Below are positions 1 to 12,991 of a stretch of DNA of 51,947 nucleotides, one piece after another. The stretch is taken from contig NC_068992.1 of the NCBI RefSeq assembly GCF_001194135.2, forward strand, positions 14,111,079 to 14,163,025. Reading direction: 5' to 3'. Made by a program: the position numbers and the translations under genes. This stretch comes from Octopus bimaculoides (taxonomy: Eukaryota). Numbering within the stretch: position 1 is the first letter of the stretch; each line of letters opens with the position of its first letter. The notes under the pieces were generated by a model. The model ran no database searches and was not told the origin of the DNA. It was given only the letters and a program-made list of their open reading frames with translations.

Positions 1-31
<31 letters not shown>

Positions 32-1296
32 TATAAAGCTGACCTGCGGCTAAACAACACATGCAAATAGATAGATGCACACGCACATACATACATACAT
101 ACATACATGCGCACACATTCGTTACCACGGAATACGGTTTACTTTTTAGCTTATATACGTGACTATGTATGTTCATGTTTGCATATCCGTGTATATGCAT
201 ACATTTGTAATGCATGCATCTATATAATATACAAACGTGTACAGGTGAATGTTATGAGAGTTTGTTGCACATTTCATTTCTTCATTACTATTTTGCCTCA
301 CAGAATAACTATTCCCTCGAAAGAGATACCATATATATTCGTTAATCCTACAGCATATTAGTACGGTAAATCTATTCTGATTTAATATCAGCCAACATGG
401 AGAATATAAAAATTGGTTCCATTCTTATACATTGCGAAATTTTCATGTTAGAAAACGACATCACGTATTAAATTTGGAGTTTGAAATCCCTAACGATTTT
501 TCACAATGTAATTTACAAGTATATTTGCTGCATTCTCTACCAATATTTTTCAACGATGAATGAGCGAGTGTAAGTGTGGTGTATGCGGTTTTGTATGTGT
601 GTGTAACTATATATATATATACATACATACATATTTATATACATATATATATATATGTATATATATATATGTATATATACGTATATATATATTTATATAN
701 NNNNNNNNNNNNNNNNNNNNNNNNNNNNNNNNNNNNNNNNNNNNNNNNNNNNNNNNNNNNNNNNNNNNNNNNNNNNNNNNNNNNNNNNNNNNNNNNNNNN
801 NNNNNNNNNNNNNNNNNNNNNNNNNNNNNNNNNNNNNNNNNNNNNNNNNNNNNNNNNNNNNNNNNNNNNNNNNNNNNNNNNNNNNNNNNNNNNNNNNNNN
901 NNNNNNNNNNNNNNNNNNNNNNNNNNNNNNNNNNNNNNNNNNNNNNNNNNNNNNNNNNNNNNNNNNNNNNNNNNNNNNNNNNNNNNNNNNNNNNNNNNNN
1001 NNNNNNNNNNNNNNNNNNNNNNNNNNNNNNNNNNNNNNNNNNNNNNNNNNNNNNNNNNNNNNNNNNNNNNNNNNNNNNNNNNNNNNNNNNNNNNNNNNNN
1101 NNNNNNNNNNNNNNNNNNNNNNNNNNNNNNNNNNNNNNNNNNNNNNNNNNNNNNNNNNNNNNNNNNNNNNNNNNNNNNNNNNNNNNNNNNNNNNNNNNNN
1201 NNNNNNNNNNNNNNNNNNNNNNNNNNNNNNNNNNNNNNNNNNNNNNNNNNNNNNNNNNNNNNNNNNNNNNNNNNNNNNNNNNNNNNNNNNTATATA

Positions 1297-1327
<31 letters not shown>

Positions 1328-1503
1328 GTATGTATATATTATGTATACATATTTTTATATATATGTATATATGTTTGTGTGTATATATACACACACAAAA
1401 GACAATATGTTTTTGTAGCCTGTAATCTCATAAATGTAAGAGTAGAAAATACGTAATAAATAAGTTCTTTGTAAACACGGATTGAGTTTAAATATCACTA
1501 GTG

Positions 1504-1525
1504 AATAATAACAATAATAATAGTC

Positions 1526-1612
<87 letters not shown>
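1504..1612. repeat. (TAA)n microsatellite
   Basis: Direct reading. Confidence 0.95.
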
Positions 1613-1773
1613 GCTCTTACACAATCATAACAATTGTGACTACGGTGATGATCGTTGTTGTTCTCATGCTCAGAAAAGCCAATATTGATTTGCTGCGTTA
1701 CTAACATTACAAAACTTATTGTTGCATTATGATTTAACACCACACCCACTCACACACCCACATGTATATGTAT

Positions 1774-1825
<52 letters not shown>

Positions 1826-2733
1826 NNNNNNNNNNNNNNNNNNNNNNNNNNNNNNNNNNNNNNNNNNNNNNNNNNNNNNNNNNNNNNNNNNNNNNNNNNN
1901 NNNNNNNNNNNNNNNNNNNNNNNNNNNNNNNNNNNNNNNNNNNNNNNNNNNNNNNNNNNNNNNNNNNNNNNNNNNNNNNNNNNNNNNNNNNNNNNNNNNN
2001 NNNNNNNNNNNNNNNNNNNNNNNNNNNNNNNNNNNNNNNNNNNNNNNNNNNNNNNNNNNNNNNNNNNNNNNNNNNNNNNNNNNNNNNNNNNNNNNNNNNN
2101 NNNNNNNNNNNNNNNNNNNNNNNNNNNNNNNNNNNNNNNNNNNNNNNNNNNNNNNNNNNNNNNNNNNNNNNNNNNNNNNNNNNNNNNNNNNNNNNNNNNN
2201 NNNNNNNNNNNNNNNNNNNNNNNNNNNNNNNNNNNNNNNNNNNNNNNNNNNNNNNNNNNNNNNNNNNNNNNNNNNNNNNNNNNNNNNNNNNNNNNNNNNN
2301 NNNNNNNNNNNNNNNNNNNNNNNNNNNNNNNNNNNNNNNNNNNNNNNNNNNNNNNNNNNNNNNNNNNNNNNNNNNNNNNNNNNNNNNNNNNNNNNNNNNN
2401 NNNNNNNNNNNNNNNNNNNNNNNNNNNNNNNNNNNNNNNNNNNNNNNNNNNNNNNNNNNNNNNNNNNNNNNNNNNNNNNNNNNNNNNNNNNNNNNNNNNN
2501 NNNNNNNNNNNNNNNNNNNNNNNNNNNNNNNNNNNNNNNNNNNNNNNNNNNNNNNNNNNNNNNNNNNNNNNNNNNNNNNNNNNNNNNNNNNNNNNNNNNN
2601 NNNNNNNNNNNNNNNNNNNNNNNNNNNNNNNNNNNNNNNNNNNNNNNNNNNNNNNNNNNNNNNNNNNNNNNNNNNNNNNNNNNNNNNNNNNNNNNNNNNN
2701 NNNNNNNNNNNNNNNNNNNNNNNNNNNNNNNNN

Positions 2734-2768
<35 letters not shown>

Positions 2769-3477
2769 ATTATATATCGACTAAGAAATTAAATACCGCA
2801 TAATTTTGCTTGCTTCTATGTCATGTTTTATGATACGTATTATTAGCATATGAAATTTAAAAGTCTTTAGTTTAATACAAGTGAGTGTAATTTGGGAATA
2901 GTTCCATAGAGAGCAGGTCGGTATTTTCTGAGAATCATAGATAGCTAGTATTAATTTTGCGTAGAAAATCCGGCTTAAGTAATAACAGAATGGATCCAAT
3001 TATTGTTACTGCATTACGCTCAATGTCGAGATAGATAGTTCTTTTACTAGGCCTTCTTTCGTCAATGCAGATCCCTCACAGCGGTATATGCCACTGCCGT
3101 GACGAATGATCAGTCTTCATCACGAGGAATGCATACAATCATACGTATATGCATGCATATTTATATTTATACACATACATATGACAATATAGCAACAATA
3201 ATTGGAGCTTTTGTTTTTACGAGTAAGTGTCTAACTGTCAATTTTATATGCTGGTGTTTTCAGTAAAGAAATCAACCAGGTAAGTTGCATCTTACAAGCG
3301 CAATCCGATAGAGAAACAGTCAAAATATACAAGACATTTCTCAAGATCAAAATCAGAATAATTGGTTTTGTTATCTTTTCCTTTTTATCAATTTTCCAGC
3401 TCTGGGCTTTTCTGTCAACGTTAGAAACCAGCTCGTGTCTTGCAGGAAGATTCCATGTAATTGAAAATGGAACACAA

Positions 3478-3509
<32 letters not shown>

Positions 3510-3973
3510 NNNNNNNNNNNNNNNNNNNNNNNNNNNNNNNNNNNNNNNNNNNNNNNNNNNNNNNNNNNNNNNNNNNNNNNNNNNNNNNNNNNNNNNNNNN
3601 NNNNNNNNNNNNNNNNNNNNNNNNNNNNNNNNNNNNNNNNNNNNNNNNNNNNNNNNNNNNNNNNNNNNNNNNNNNNNNNNNNNNNNNNNNNNNNNNNNNN
3701 NNNNNNNNNNNNNNNNNNNNNNNNNNNNNNNNNNNNNNNNNNNNNNNNNNNNNNNNNNNNNNNNNNNNNNNNNNNNNNNNNNNNNNNNNNNNNNNNNNNN
3801 NNNNNNNNNNNNNNNNNNNNNNNNNNNNNNNNNNNNNNNNNNNNNNNNNNNNNNNNNNNNNNNNNNNNNNNNNNNNNNNNNNNNNNNNNNNNNNNNNNNN
3901 NNNNNNNNNNNNNNNNNNNNNNNNNNNNNNNNNNNNNNNNNNNNNNNNNNNNNNNNNNNNNNNNNNNNNNNNN

Positions 3974-4006
<33 letters not shown>

Positions 4007-4009
4007 AAA

Positions 4010-4330
4010 TGGGAAAAGAACGCAAAACATCCAGACAGTTAGGTGATACAAAAAAGGGACACCAAAACATCATCCAGACAGATGATACAAAGAAAACAAG
4101 GACGGGTCATTCGGAGTTTTCTTTCATCAGTCGAGTTCCAGAATATCCTTGCAATTTCGGCTGGTTATACTCGAGAATGGCCAACCCCAAGGAAAAAGTA
4201 AGCTAAGAGCATCAGATTCCTTATGCGACCACAAGTTCCTTGGGTATTGAAAAGATTCAGAGAATATCCCAGCTGGAATGATTTTCTCTTTCATGATAGG
4301 TATCCCTGGTATGTGTGGGATCACTTGCTA
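4010..4330 (-). mobile_element. Repeat fragment, possibly Penelope-like element terminal region
   Basis: GC-richer block with an internal duplication (AAAACATCCAGACAG / AAAACATCATCCAGACAG), abutting (TA)n, with two degenerate hammerhead-like motifs on the minus strand. No coding motif recognised. Confidence 0.35.
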
Positions 4331-4344
4331 AACAGGGCTCAATT

Positions 4345-4465
4345 AAAAGAAGGACGAAAAAAAACGTCGACCAAGGAAAAATTTGAACTCAAAACATACA
4401 GGAAAGGTAATAAATATACTAGAGATATTTTGTACAATTCATTGCCGATTCTGCCCGTTCAAAAC
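4345..4465 (-). mobile_element. Very diverged SINE family B remnant
   Basis: CGTCGACCAAGGAAAAATTTGAACTCAAAAC...GCCGATTCTGCC. Confidence 0.5.
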
Positions 4466-5481
4466 ACCAGGCACTACTTTTGCTCAAAATCTCGACACTA
4501 GTTATGTTATCTAAGAGTGAAACATTATAATAATTGATTTTTATACTTATGCTCTAGTGTCTCATATCTTATATGGCTATGCATATGCATTTGAAGATTT
4601 TTATTATGTAAATATATATGAACTCATACATAAACATACACAGAAATGCTATACATATATATATATATATATATATAATTACAAACAAGTTTCTGTACAA
4701 TATATAACTATATACATATGTATGTAGATATATATACATAAATACATATATGTATGTGTGTGTGAGAGAGAGAGAGAGTGTGTGTGTGTGTATGGGTGTT
4801 ATGCGTTCATATGTGTCTGAAGTGCTGGAGTTGGGACTAATAGATAAGTAGATAGATAAATATGGAGAGAACCGTAGAGAGATTGCTAGATAGATAAAAA
4901 TGTTGTTAGGTTTTATATTACCTATAAAATAAGTTGATAAACTCTCAGGTGTATCTAGTAGCCGTAAAGCAATGGAGATTTTCTGTAATAAAATAGTACC
5001 AACGTCTGATTTGAGATATCAATAGCTGTATGCAGATATTGACTTGAAATGTCCTGTGAACTCTTTATAGCGTATTTTCAAATGGAGGAAAGGATAGTAT
5101 GTTTTCGTTCCACTTCTTTGTCTGCTCCTCCTCCTTCTTTCGGTATCGCTGTCATCATCTTCGTCTTCCTTTTCCTTGTTTTATATCATATATCTTCCTG
5201 AAAACTCTTGTCGGAGAATTTTCGAATTATTTTTTCCCCAGTTTTATGATTCAAATATGTGACATACAAACTGTTTTTTAATACGTAATTAAATATATTC
5301 CTTCCTATATAATCATATGCGTCACCCTAAGATATATGGGGAGACATATATAAAGAGATAGAGAGTGGCTGATAGACAAATGTATACATGATAGAGAGAA
5401 CCATATCTCTACTTGTATAATACCTACATATATAACACGTAAGCGTATATAAATATCTCCATATATTTTAAGCATAGACCT

Positions 5482-5514
<33 letters not shown>

Positions 5515-5692
5515 TTATGCTTTTAACATAGATATACTGTGTGTGTGCTTGCATATAAAATATATATATATATATATATTTAAAAGTACATATATATGTA
5601 TTTACGTATACATGTATATATGTTTGTATATTTATGTGTAAATATACATATATACATACGTATATTTGTCTATATATATATATACATATGTA

Positions 5693-5729
<37 letters not shown>

Positions 5730-6069
5730 NNNNNNNNNNNNNNNNNNNNNNNNNNNNNNNNNNNNNNNNNNNNNNNNNNNNNNNNNNNNNNNNNNNNNNN
5801 NNNNNNNNNNNNNNNNNNNNNNNNNNNNNNNNNNNNNNNNNNNNNNNNNNNNNNNNNNNNNNNNNNNNNNNNNNNNNNNNNNNNNNNNNNNNNNNNNNNN
5901 NNNNNNNNNNNNNNNNNNNNNNNNNNNNNNNNNNNNNNNNNNNNNNNNNNNNNNNNNNNNNNNNNNNNNNNNNNNNNNNNNNNNNNNNNNNNNNNNNNNN
6001 NNNNNNNNNNNNNNNNNNNNNNNNNNNNNNNNNNNNNNNNNNNNNNNNNNNNNNNNNNNNNNNNNNNNN

Positions 6070-6115
<46 letters not shown>

Positions 6116-6118
6116 TAT

Positions 6119-6430
6119 GTTTCCGGATTCAGTCCCGCTACGCGGCACCTCGGGTACGTGTCTTCTACAATAGCCTCAGGCCAAACAAAGCCTTGTGAGT
6201 AGATTTGGTTGAAAGAAACTGAAAGAAGCTCCAGGTTTATATGTATCTATGTGTGTTTGTCTTCCGCCACCGCTTGAAAACCGGCGTTGGTCTATTTATG
6301 TCCTTGTCACTTTGTGGTTCGGCAAAAGAAACCGATATAATATGTTACTAGGCTTTAAAATCGATCATTACTGGGGTCCATTAATTCGACTAAAAATCCT
6401 TCAATGTGGTGCTCCAGCATGACACCGACA
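6119..6430 (+). mobile_element. tRNA-derived SINE family A (CORE-like), 5' truncated
   Basis: B-box remnant GGATTCAGTCCC, CORE-like GCACCTCGGGTACGTGTCTTCTACAATAGCCTC, CCTTGTGAGTAGATTTGG, internal TA/TG patch, and 3' GTGGTGCTCCAGCATG. Aligns by eye with the other family A copies. Confidence 0.85.
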
Positions 6431-6819
6431 TTCACATCTGAGTTCTCCTTTGAATCAGCTAAGAATGATGTAGCATTTTCGCTAGTGCACCCGCTTATTT
6501 GTGTGCTTGTTTATCATCCACCAATTCCTTAACAAGAGTATGTCTCTAACATGGCTGTGACTGCAGAACAATCACTTCCTCTTTCTTTCAAGGTCAGAAG
6601 TACTTCACCCGTATCCCAACAATTATTAAAATTATTAATGTTTTATAAAGCTCAGATGAGGCTCACGATGAAATTTTGCTCTAAAATCTAGGACGCGTTG
6701 ATGATGCACAAAATGACATTCATGAACATAGGAAGAATAGGCACACATATGTCACTGACATATAAAGTTGTCCGCAGCTACCACCCAACCATTGTTCTAT
6801 AGGTACGCCGTCATTCCCC

Positions 6820-6858
6820 CACTCTCGTTCTCTCTCTCCCCCTCTCTCTTTCTCTCTA

Positions 6859-6938
<80 letters not shown>
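6820..6938. repeat. (CT)n microsatellite
   Basis: Direct reading. Confidence 0.95.
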
Positions 6939-6941
<3 letters not shown>

Positions 6942-7964
6942 TATTTTACTGCTATTCATTTCGTCTCTCCTCATTCCGTTATCCTTGAGAACATCATCCC
7001 CTCAGCTAATCCCATGGCATTTTCTCTCTAAATATTTTCTGCAAGCATTGACTCAAAGTTTCAAGAGAAACATTAATAACCTCGATGTCACCAATCTAGG
7101 AGGGTCTGCTGGTGCCAGGGGCATTGTCCCTCCAACCAGATTCAACAAGTAAAATAATATAAATTATGCATATCACTTTTTGGTTAATTACATAATTATT
7201 TCTTATTATGCTTAAATTAGGACATGTGAATCGATATTTATTAATTAGACTGGTTTTCCATAAAATTACGATCGATTTTATACTTCAAATATATTGAGTA
7301 AATTTAAATATAATGAATTTTGTTTATCGAAATAGTTAACTATGACCTATGTTTTGCACTTTTCTCAGTGATAAAATCAGGATATTTATGTCTGTTTTGA
7401 TAGCCTTTTGCGCATTTGACCCAGTACTAAATCTTCTTTTTTTATGTTATTTATTTTTAACTTGTGAAAATGATTAAAAACTAGCGGGCAATTTGTCAAA
7501 GATCGATGATATATAGTAGCGAATGAAAATCGCATATCTTGGTAAACTATTTCAAACAGTTACTACTAAAATATTTGCGCTACGTGTAGCTTTCATTCAG
7601 TTACTATGCAGCCAGTTTCTGAAGCGTTCCGTTCTCATTATTGTAAATTCTGATCTAAAATTATTTGGAATACTAGATACCAGTGTTTCTTTCATACGGT
7701 GTTCCCTTTCGATTATTAACATCTCCAACTAATCGCTTACAATATCATTGGAACGTCCTTTAATATCTTTTAGACTCAAATATCTGAAGTGCCACTTTGG
7801 CAGCCTCGATCGTTTCCTCTGAATTGGTTTCTATGACAATCATTTTGGTTTCAAGTCATGGAAGTACGATGTTGTTGGTTGTTTCTTTTTCCTTCTTCAA
7901 AATGAAATCAGTTTAACAAGTGTTATGTCTCAACCTACTGCTATCTGGCACTTTCGGATGATCT

Positions 7965-8019
7965 CTACTCAACCGCTACTCGACCGCTACTCAACAGTTA
8001 CTCAACTGTCACTCAACCC
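7965..8019. repeat. 11-bp tandem repeat, 5 units
   Basis: CTACTCAACCG CTACTCGACCG CTACTCAACAG TTACTCAACTG TCACTCAACCC. Confidence 0.85.
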
Positions 8020-8132
8020 CTCTACCACGGCTAGACTACTTCTATTTATATGTCTTGGGCGACCTATTTCTTCGCTTGGGGGCGTCGACACAACAACAAG
8101 CAATATATGAAAACTGTTTAACTGAAATACTA

Positions 8133-8308
8133 TAAAGAATAAAAAGTTTAGAAAGGTATAACAATCCACTATAGAACAAAAAATGGACTATATACCTGAT
8201 GTAACTTGAAATATCATCGGACTATAGACAACCAAGTTACAACAGGTATATAGTCCATTTTTTGTTCTATAGTGCATTGTTATACCTTTATAAACTTTTT
8301 ATTCTTTA
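8133..8308. repeat. Long fold-back inverted repeat (76-bp arms, 24-nt loop), possible palindromic MITE
   Basis: 8133-8208 is the reverse complement of 8233-8308 with 3 mismatches. The outermost TA dinucleotides could be a TA target duplication. Confidence 0.9.
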
Positions 8309-10445
8309 CAAACAATACACAATGCTTCAAGCGAACTACAATACTCTCTTGAAATACTATACTAATTTAATGAAAATGGCAAATGTCAGCCATTGTGAAA
8401 GTATATTGGTAAACACCCTGTTATAAGTTTGGCAGCACATCGACGCTGAGAGATCGAACAGATCAACGCAATAGATTGAAAAAAATCTACGTTGAAAGCT
8501 GTTTTAGCTGTGCCTGCCCCACTTTATTTTCAGAGACAGTCTACCTGGAATTATATTATCTACGGTATGTGTCCTTCCATTTTAACGACAGTTGTGTATG
8601 ATAAGAAGCGTATTCTTGCAAGCAGCCTGTATGACCCTCACGACACTTCGCCATTGGTTAGGTACAACAGACACATTTTTTAATCACTACATTAAGTGTA
8701 GGGATTTAACTATTTACTTTTCCTGTAGGCGTTCCTAAATGATCTTTCTCCCTCCATTCCATTCCTATAAGTGGTCAAACAAATTTCTGGGAAACCCATA
8801 GATTTGGATAAAATCTGTCAGTCATTTTACGTTCAGGTAAATACTTTTGTACATGTATGTTCCTTATCATGATTACACCACAGACTACAAGCGGCATCTT
8901 CTCTGCCAGCTTTTTCGTGATAATTTTACGTACTACATTCAGCAGAGTGGTATTTCGATAAATGTCACAGATGCTCCGCTTCATCCTGCAGTCTTTGGCC
9001 ACCAGTTCTACCATTCTCAGTTCTAACTCAGTAACGAATGTTCCTTTTCAAATGTCAGTGGCTATAACTGTCTGCCAAAATTTATAACAAGCCTGGTATA
9101 AACCTTTCAAAGAAAATTATGCAAATAAAAGGATTTGTTCGTTGTACAACCAGTCGTTACCATCAGTTTAGCACTCTGGCTTTTTATCTGGGGGGGGGGG
9201 ACTCCAACACATCGAGGAAGGCATTAACTTCTACTATGGTTGGTGCCATTACTCACAAACACTTTGGTAAACTGTCACTGGACAACCAACCGTTATTGCC
9301 CATTAACACTGCATCTCAGCCACCCGAGGACACTGAATGGGTCTTGCAATCGCGTATCTGAAGAGCACGAAAATTAGTTGAGATAACAAAATTAGAGTGT
9401 TTCAAGAACTCTTTCAATGATTAACGAAATTTTTTGCAAATTTGCTGAGGATTTAGTCTTTTAACTTGAACCAAATACTTCACTGCTACAATATTTTATC
9501 GACCCAGGNNNNNNNNNNNNNNNNNNNNNNNNNNNNNNNNNNNNNNNNNNNNNNNNNNNNNNNNNNNNNNNNNNNNNNNNNNNNNNNNNNNNNNNNNNNN
9601 NNNNNNNNNNNNNNNNNNNNNNNNNNNNNNNNNNNNNNNNNNNNNNNNNNNNNNNNNNNNNNNNNNNNNNNNNNNNNNNNNNNNNNNNNNNNNNNNNNNN
9701 NNNNNNNNNNNNNNNNNNNNNNNNNNNNNNNNNNNNNNNNNNNNNNNNNNNNNNNNNNNNNNNNNNNNNNNNNNNNNNNNNNNNNNNNNNNNNNNNNNNN
9801 NNNNNNNNNNNNNNNNNNNNNNNNNNNNNNNNNNNNNNNNNNNNNNNNNNNNNNNNNNNNNNNNNNNNNNNNNNNNNNNNNNNNNNNNNNNNNNNNNNNN
9901 NNNNNNNNNNNNNNNNNNNNNNNNNNNNNNNNNNNNNNNNNNNNNNNNNNNNNNNNNNNNNNNNNNNNNNNNNNNNNNNNNNNNNNNNNNNNNNNNNNNN
10001 NNNNNNNNNNNNNNNNNNNNNNNNNNNNNNNNNNNNNNNNNNNNNNNNNNNNNNNNNNNNNNNNNNNNNNNNNNNNNNNNNNNNNNNNNNNNNNNNNNNN
10101 NNNNNNNNNNNNNNNNNNNNNNNNNNNNNNNNNNNNNNNNNNNNNNNNNNNNNNNNNNNNNNNNNNNNNNNNNNNNNNNNNNNNNNNNNNNNNNNNNNNN
10201 NNNNNNNNNNNNNNNNNNNNNNNNNNNNNNNNNNNNNNNNNNNNNNNNNNNNNNNNNNNNNNNNNNNNNNNNNNNNNNNNNNNNNNNNNNNNNNNNNNNN
10301 NNNNNNNNNNNNNNNNNNNNNNNNNNNNNNNNNNNNNNNNNNNNNNNNNNNNNNNNNNNNNNNNNNNNNNNNNNNNNNNNNNNNNNNNNNNNNNNNNNNN
10401 NNNNNNNNNNNNNNNNNNNNNNNNNNNNNNNNNNNNNNNNNNNNN

Positions 10446-10489
<44 letters not shown>

Positions 10490-11944
10490 TCAATTGCCTT
10501 ATGAGCAATATAAAGCGTATAAACATAGTAAGTAGATTGTGTTTTCGATTTTGTTCCATACTTTATCAGCCAGTTCTTATACGAATCATATAGATATTAT
10601 GTTTAACAGATTATGTTTTCGATGTCTTTCCATAGTCAAATTCTTACAGACGTTGTCTGGAACATAATGTCATTATAGATCGATATGATAATATATAATG
10701 AATATTCTCGGTTTTGTAACAAATATTTGACTAAAGGATGTCAGTTTAAATAGATCAGCTCATTTATTGTATTATTCATTTATCATATGCACTCTCTTAG
10801 TTAATTCTAAATGATATAACTATTTCTCTTCTATTATGCGAAGCAGAGAAAATTGCGAAATTATTAATTCAAGGCATGTAAATAAAAGTATAATGCATAA
10901 ACGTCATTTAAACATACTCCTTCGTTAATTACATTTCAATATTGAAGTTTACATAATTGTATGAACATCATTAAACATTCATATATTATTACACTAAATT
11001 TAGTTATGGAGAAATTATGACTGGCAATTTAAGCAAACATATGCTGCCTTATAATAATGCCTAATAAGTTAAGGGAAATATGGAGCATATTTGCCAAATG
11101 GCGGTTAGCTGATGGAATAAAGAATAAACGACAGTATATGTTCGGTGTTTCCTTATTTATGATTGATATTGACTAACTATTTCTCTAGTCGAGGAGGTTC
11201 ATGAGAAACGGTAATATATAGAAATCACAAATATGCTAGATGGGTCGAAGCGATTGTAGTGATCAATAATAATTCTCATACATTCTCTCTTTCGTCTCTC
11301 TCATATATTACATGTGTATGTGTGTGCGCGCAGGTGTATGCATGCATGTATATATATGTATATATATATGTATGTATATATATANNNNNNNNNNNNNNNN
11401 NNNNNNNNNNNNNNNNNNNNNNNNNNNNNNNNNNNNNNNNNNNNNNNNNNNNNNNNNNNNNNNNNNNNNNNNNNNNNNNNNNNNNNNNNNNNNNNNNNNN
11501 NNNNNNNNNNNNNNNNNNNNNNNNNNNNNNNNNNNNNNNNNNNNNNNNNNNNNNNNNNNNNNNNNNNNNNNNNNNNNNNNNNNNNNNNNNNNNNNNNNNN
11601 NNNNNNNNNNNNNNNNNNNNNNNNNNNNNNNNNNNNNNNNNNNNNNNNNNNNNNNNNNNNNNNNNNNNNNNNNNNNNNNNNNNNNNNNNNNNNNNNNNNN
11701 NNNNNNNNNNNNNNNNNNNNNNNNNNNNNNNNNNNNNNNNNNNNNNNNNNNNNNNNNNNNNNNNNNNNNNNNNNNNNNNNNNNNNNNNNNNNNNNNNNNN
11801 NNNNNNNNNNNNNNNNNNNNNNNNNNNNNNNNNNNNNNNNNNNNNNNNNNNNNNNNNNNNNNNNNNNNNNNNNNNNNNNNNNNNNNNNNNNNNNNNNNNN
11901 NNNNNNNNNNNNNNNNNNNNNNNNNNATATATACTTGTTTGTAT

Positions 11945-12127
11945 GTCTGTGTTTGTCTTCCCCCGACAACGCTTGACAACCGACGCTAAGTTACGGGGAT
12001 GTACCTTACCGGTTCGGCAAAACAATTCGATAGAATAAGTACTAGGTTTACAAGGAATGAGTGTTGGGGTCGATTTGCGCGACTAAAGGCGGTGCTCCAC
12101 CATGGCTGCAGTCAAGAATAAAAGAAT
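11945..12127 (+). mobile_element. SINE family A, 3' half
   Basis: CGCTTGACAACCGA...GGTTCGGCAAAA...GATAGAATAAGTACTAGG...GGGGTCGATTTG...GGCGGTGCTCCACCATGGCTGCAGTC. A short oppositely oriented family A tail lies at about 12255-12290. Confidence 0.85.
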
Positions 12128-12289
12128 GTATGCATGTATGTATGTATGTAAGTATGTATGTATGTATGTATGTATGTATGTATGTATGTATGTATGTATG
12201 TATGTATAAGTCTGTTGATACAAACAGGGAAATAGAACTCAAAATATGACAATATTCTTTTATTTGTTTCAGTCATTTGACTGCGCCCT

Positions 12290-12991
12290 TATTCTTTCCC
12301 TCGGTTGAAGAGAGTTGCAAATCACGAGTCTTAATTGGAAGACTATAATTTGAAACAATCACGCAAAGATCTGAAGAAATAAGAGGTTCTAATGAACTTG
12401 ATAAAGATATCCAGGAAACTGGTAAAGAAATAATATTTCAAGACGGCACATTTGCTGAAAAACACAGAGTGTCTCTGATGGAAATGTAACAGCAGAAAAA
12501 TAAAATTGCATCTGTAAGACATGCAAGTATAAATTTTAGAGAACCACTTGATAAAACACTCGAATAAAACCAAAAATATACAACAAAAGAAATTGGCAAC
12601 TATGTAACAAAAGAAATCATACAAGAAATAAAACTTGATCTCATTGAATTAAATGAAACTATTTACGCATTTGTTAAGGCAATTGAAACCGGTTGTACGC
12701 CTCCGAAAACAAAGAAAACCAATAATAAATTAAATAATCTACGGAAAAGTTGTAACATCTAGTAAAGGAAGAAAAATGAAGAGAAAATATGGATTCGCAC
12801 ATGACTAGAACTGATATCACTAAAAGAAACACTGAAACAGGAAGTCCAAGAAAACTTTTTTACAAGCAAAATAAACTTTTCACATCCAATGCCAAAACAT
12901 TTTAGAGAGAGAAATAGGAAAGGATAAAATAACCGTTGAAGACACTCAACCCCATGGAAGAAGTTAAAAACATTTGGAAGTAGCTTTGGAA
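12290..12991 (+). mobile_element. Decayed internal fragment of an R4/Dong-type ORF (region preceding the reverse transcriptase)
   Basis: Broken frames give LIELNETIYAFVKAI, ELISLKETLKQEVQ, FYKQNKLFTSNAKTF*, REIGKDKITVEDT, MEEVKNIWK*LWN. These match the QNxLFxxNxKxFYREL...EEVxxFWxxIW pattern I associate with R4-clade ORFs. Ends at a SINE at 12992. Confidence 0.65.

Noticed and set aside
3265-3290. Perfect donor CAG|GTAAGT, or a U1 snRNA 5' end on the minus strand (ACTTACCTGG)
   Set aside because: Only a 10-nt match with no U1 body, and the implied 16-nt micro-exon is unsupported.
7700-8425. Possible decayed mariner C-terminus (minus, about 7700-7860) and CAGGGTGT-type TIR near 8415
   Set aside because: Only vague residue similarity and no matching second TIR.
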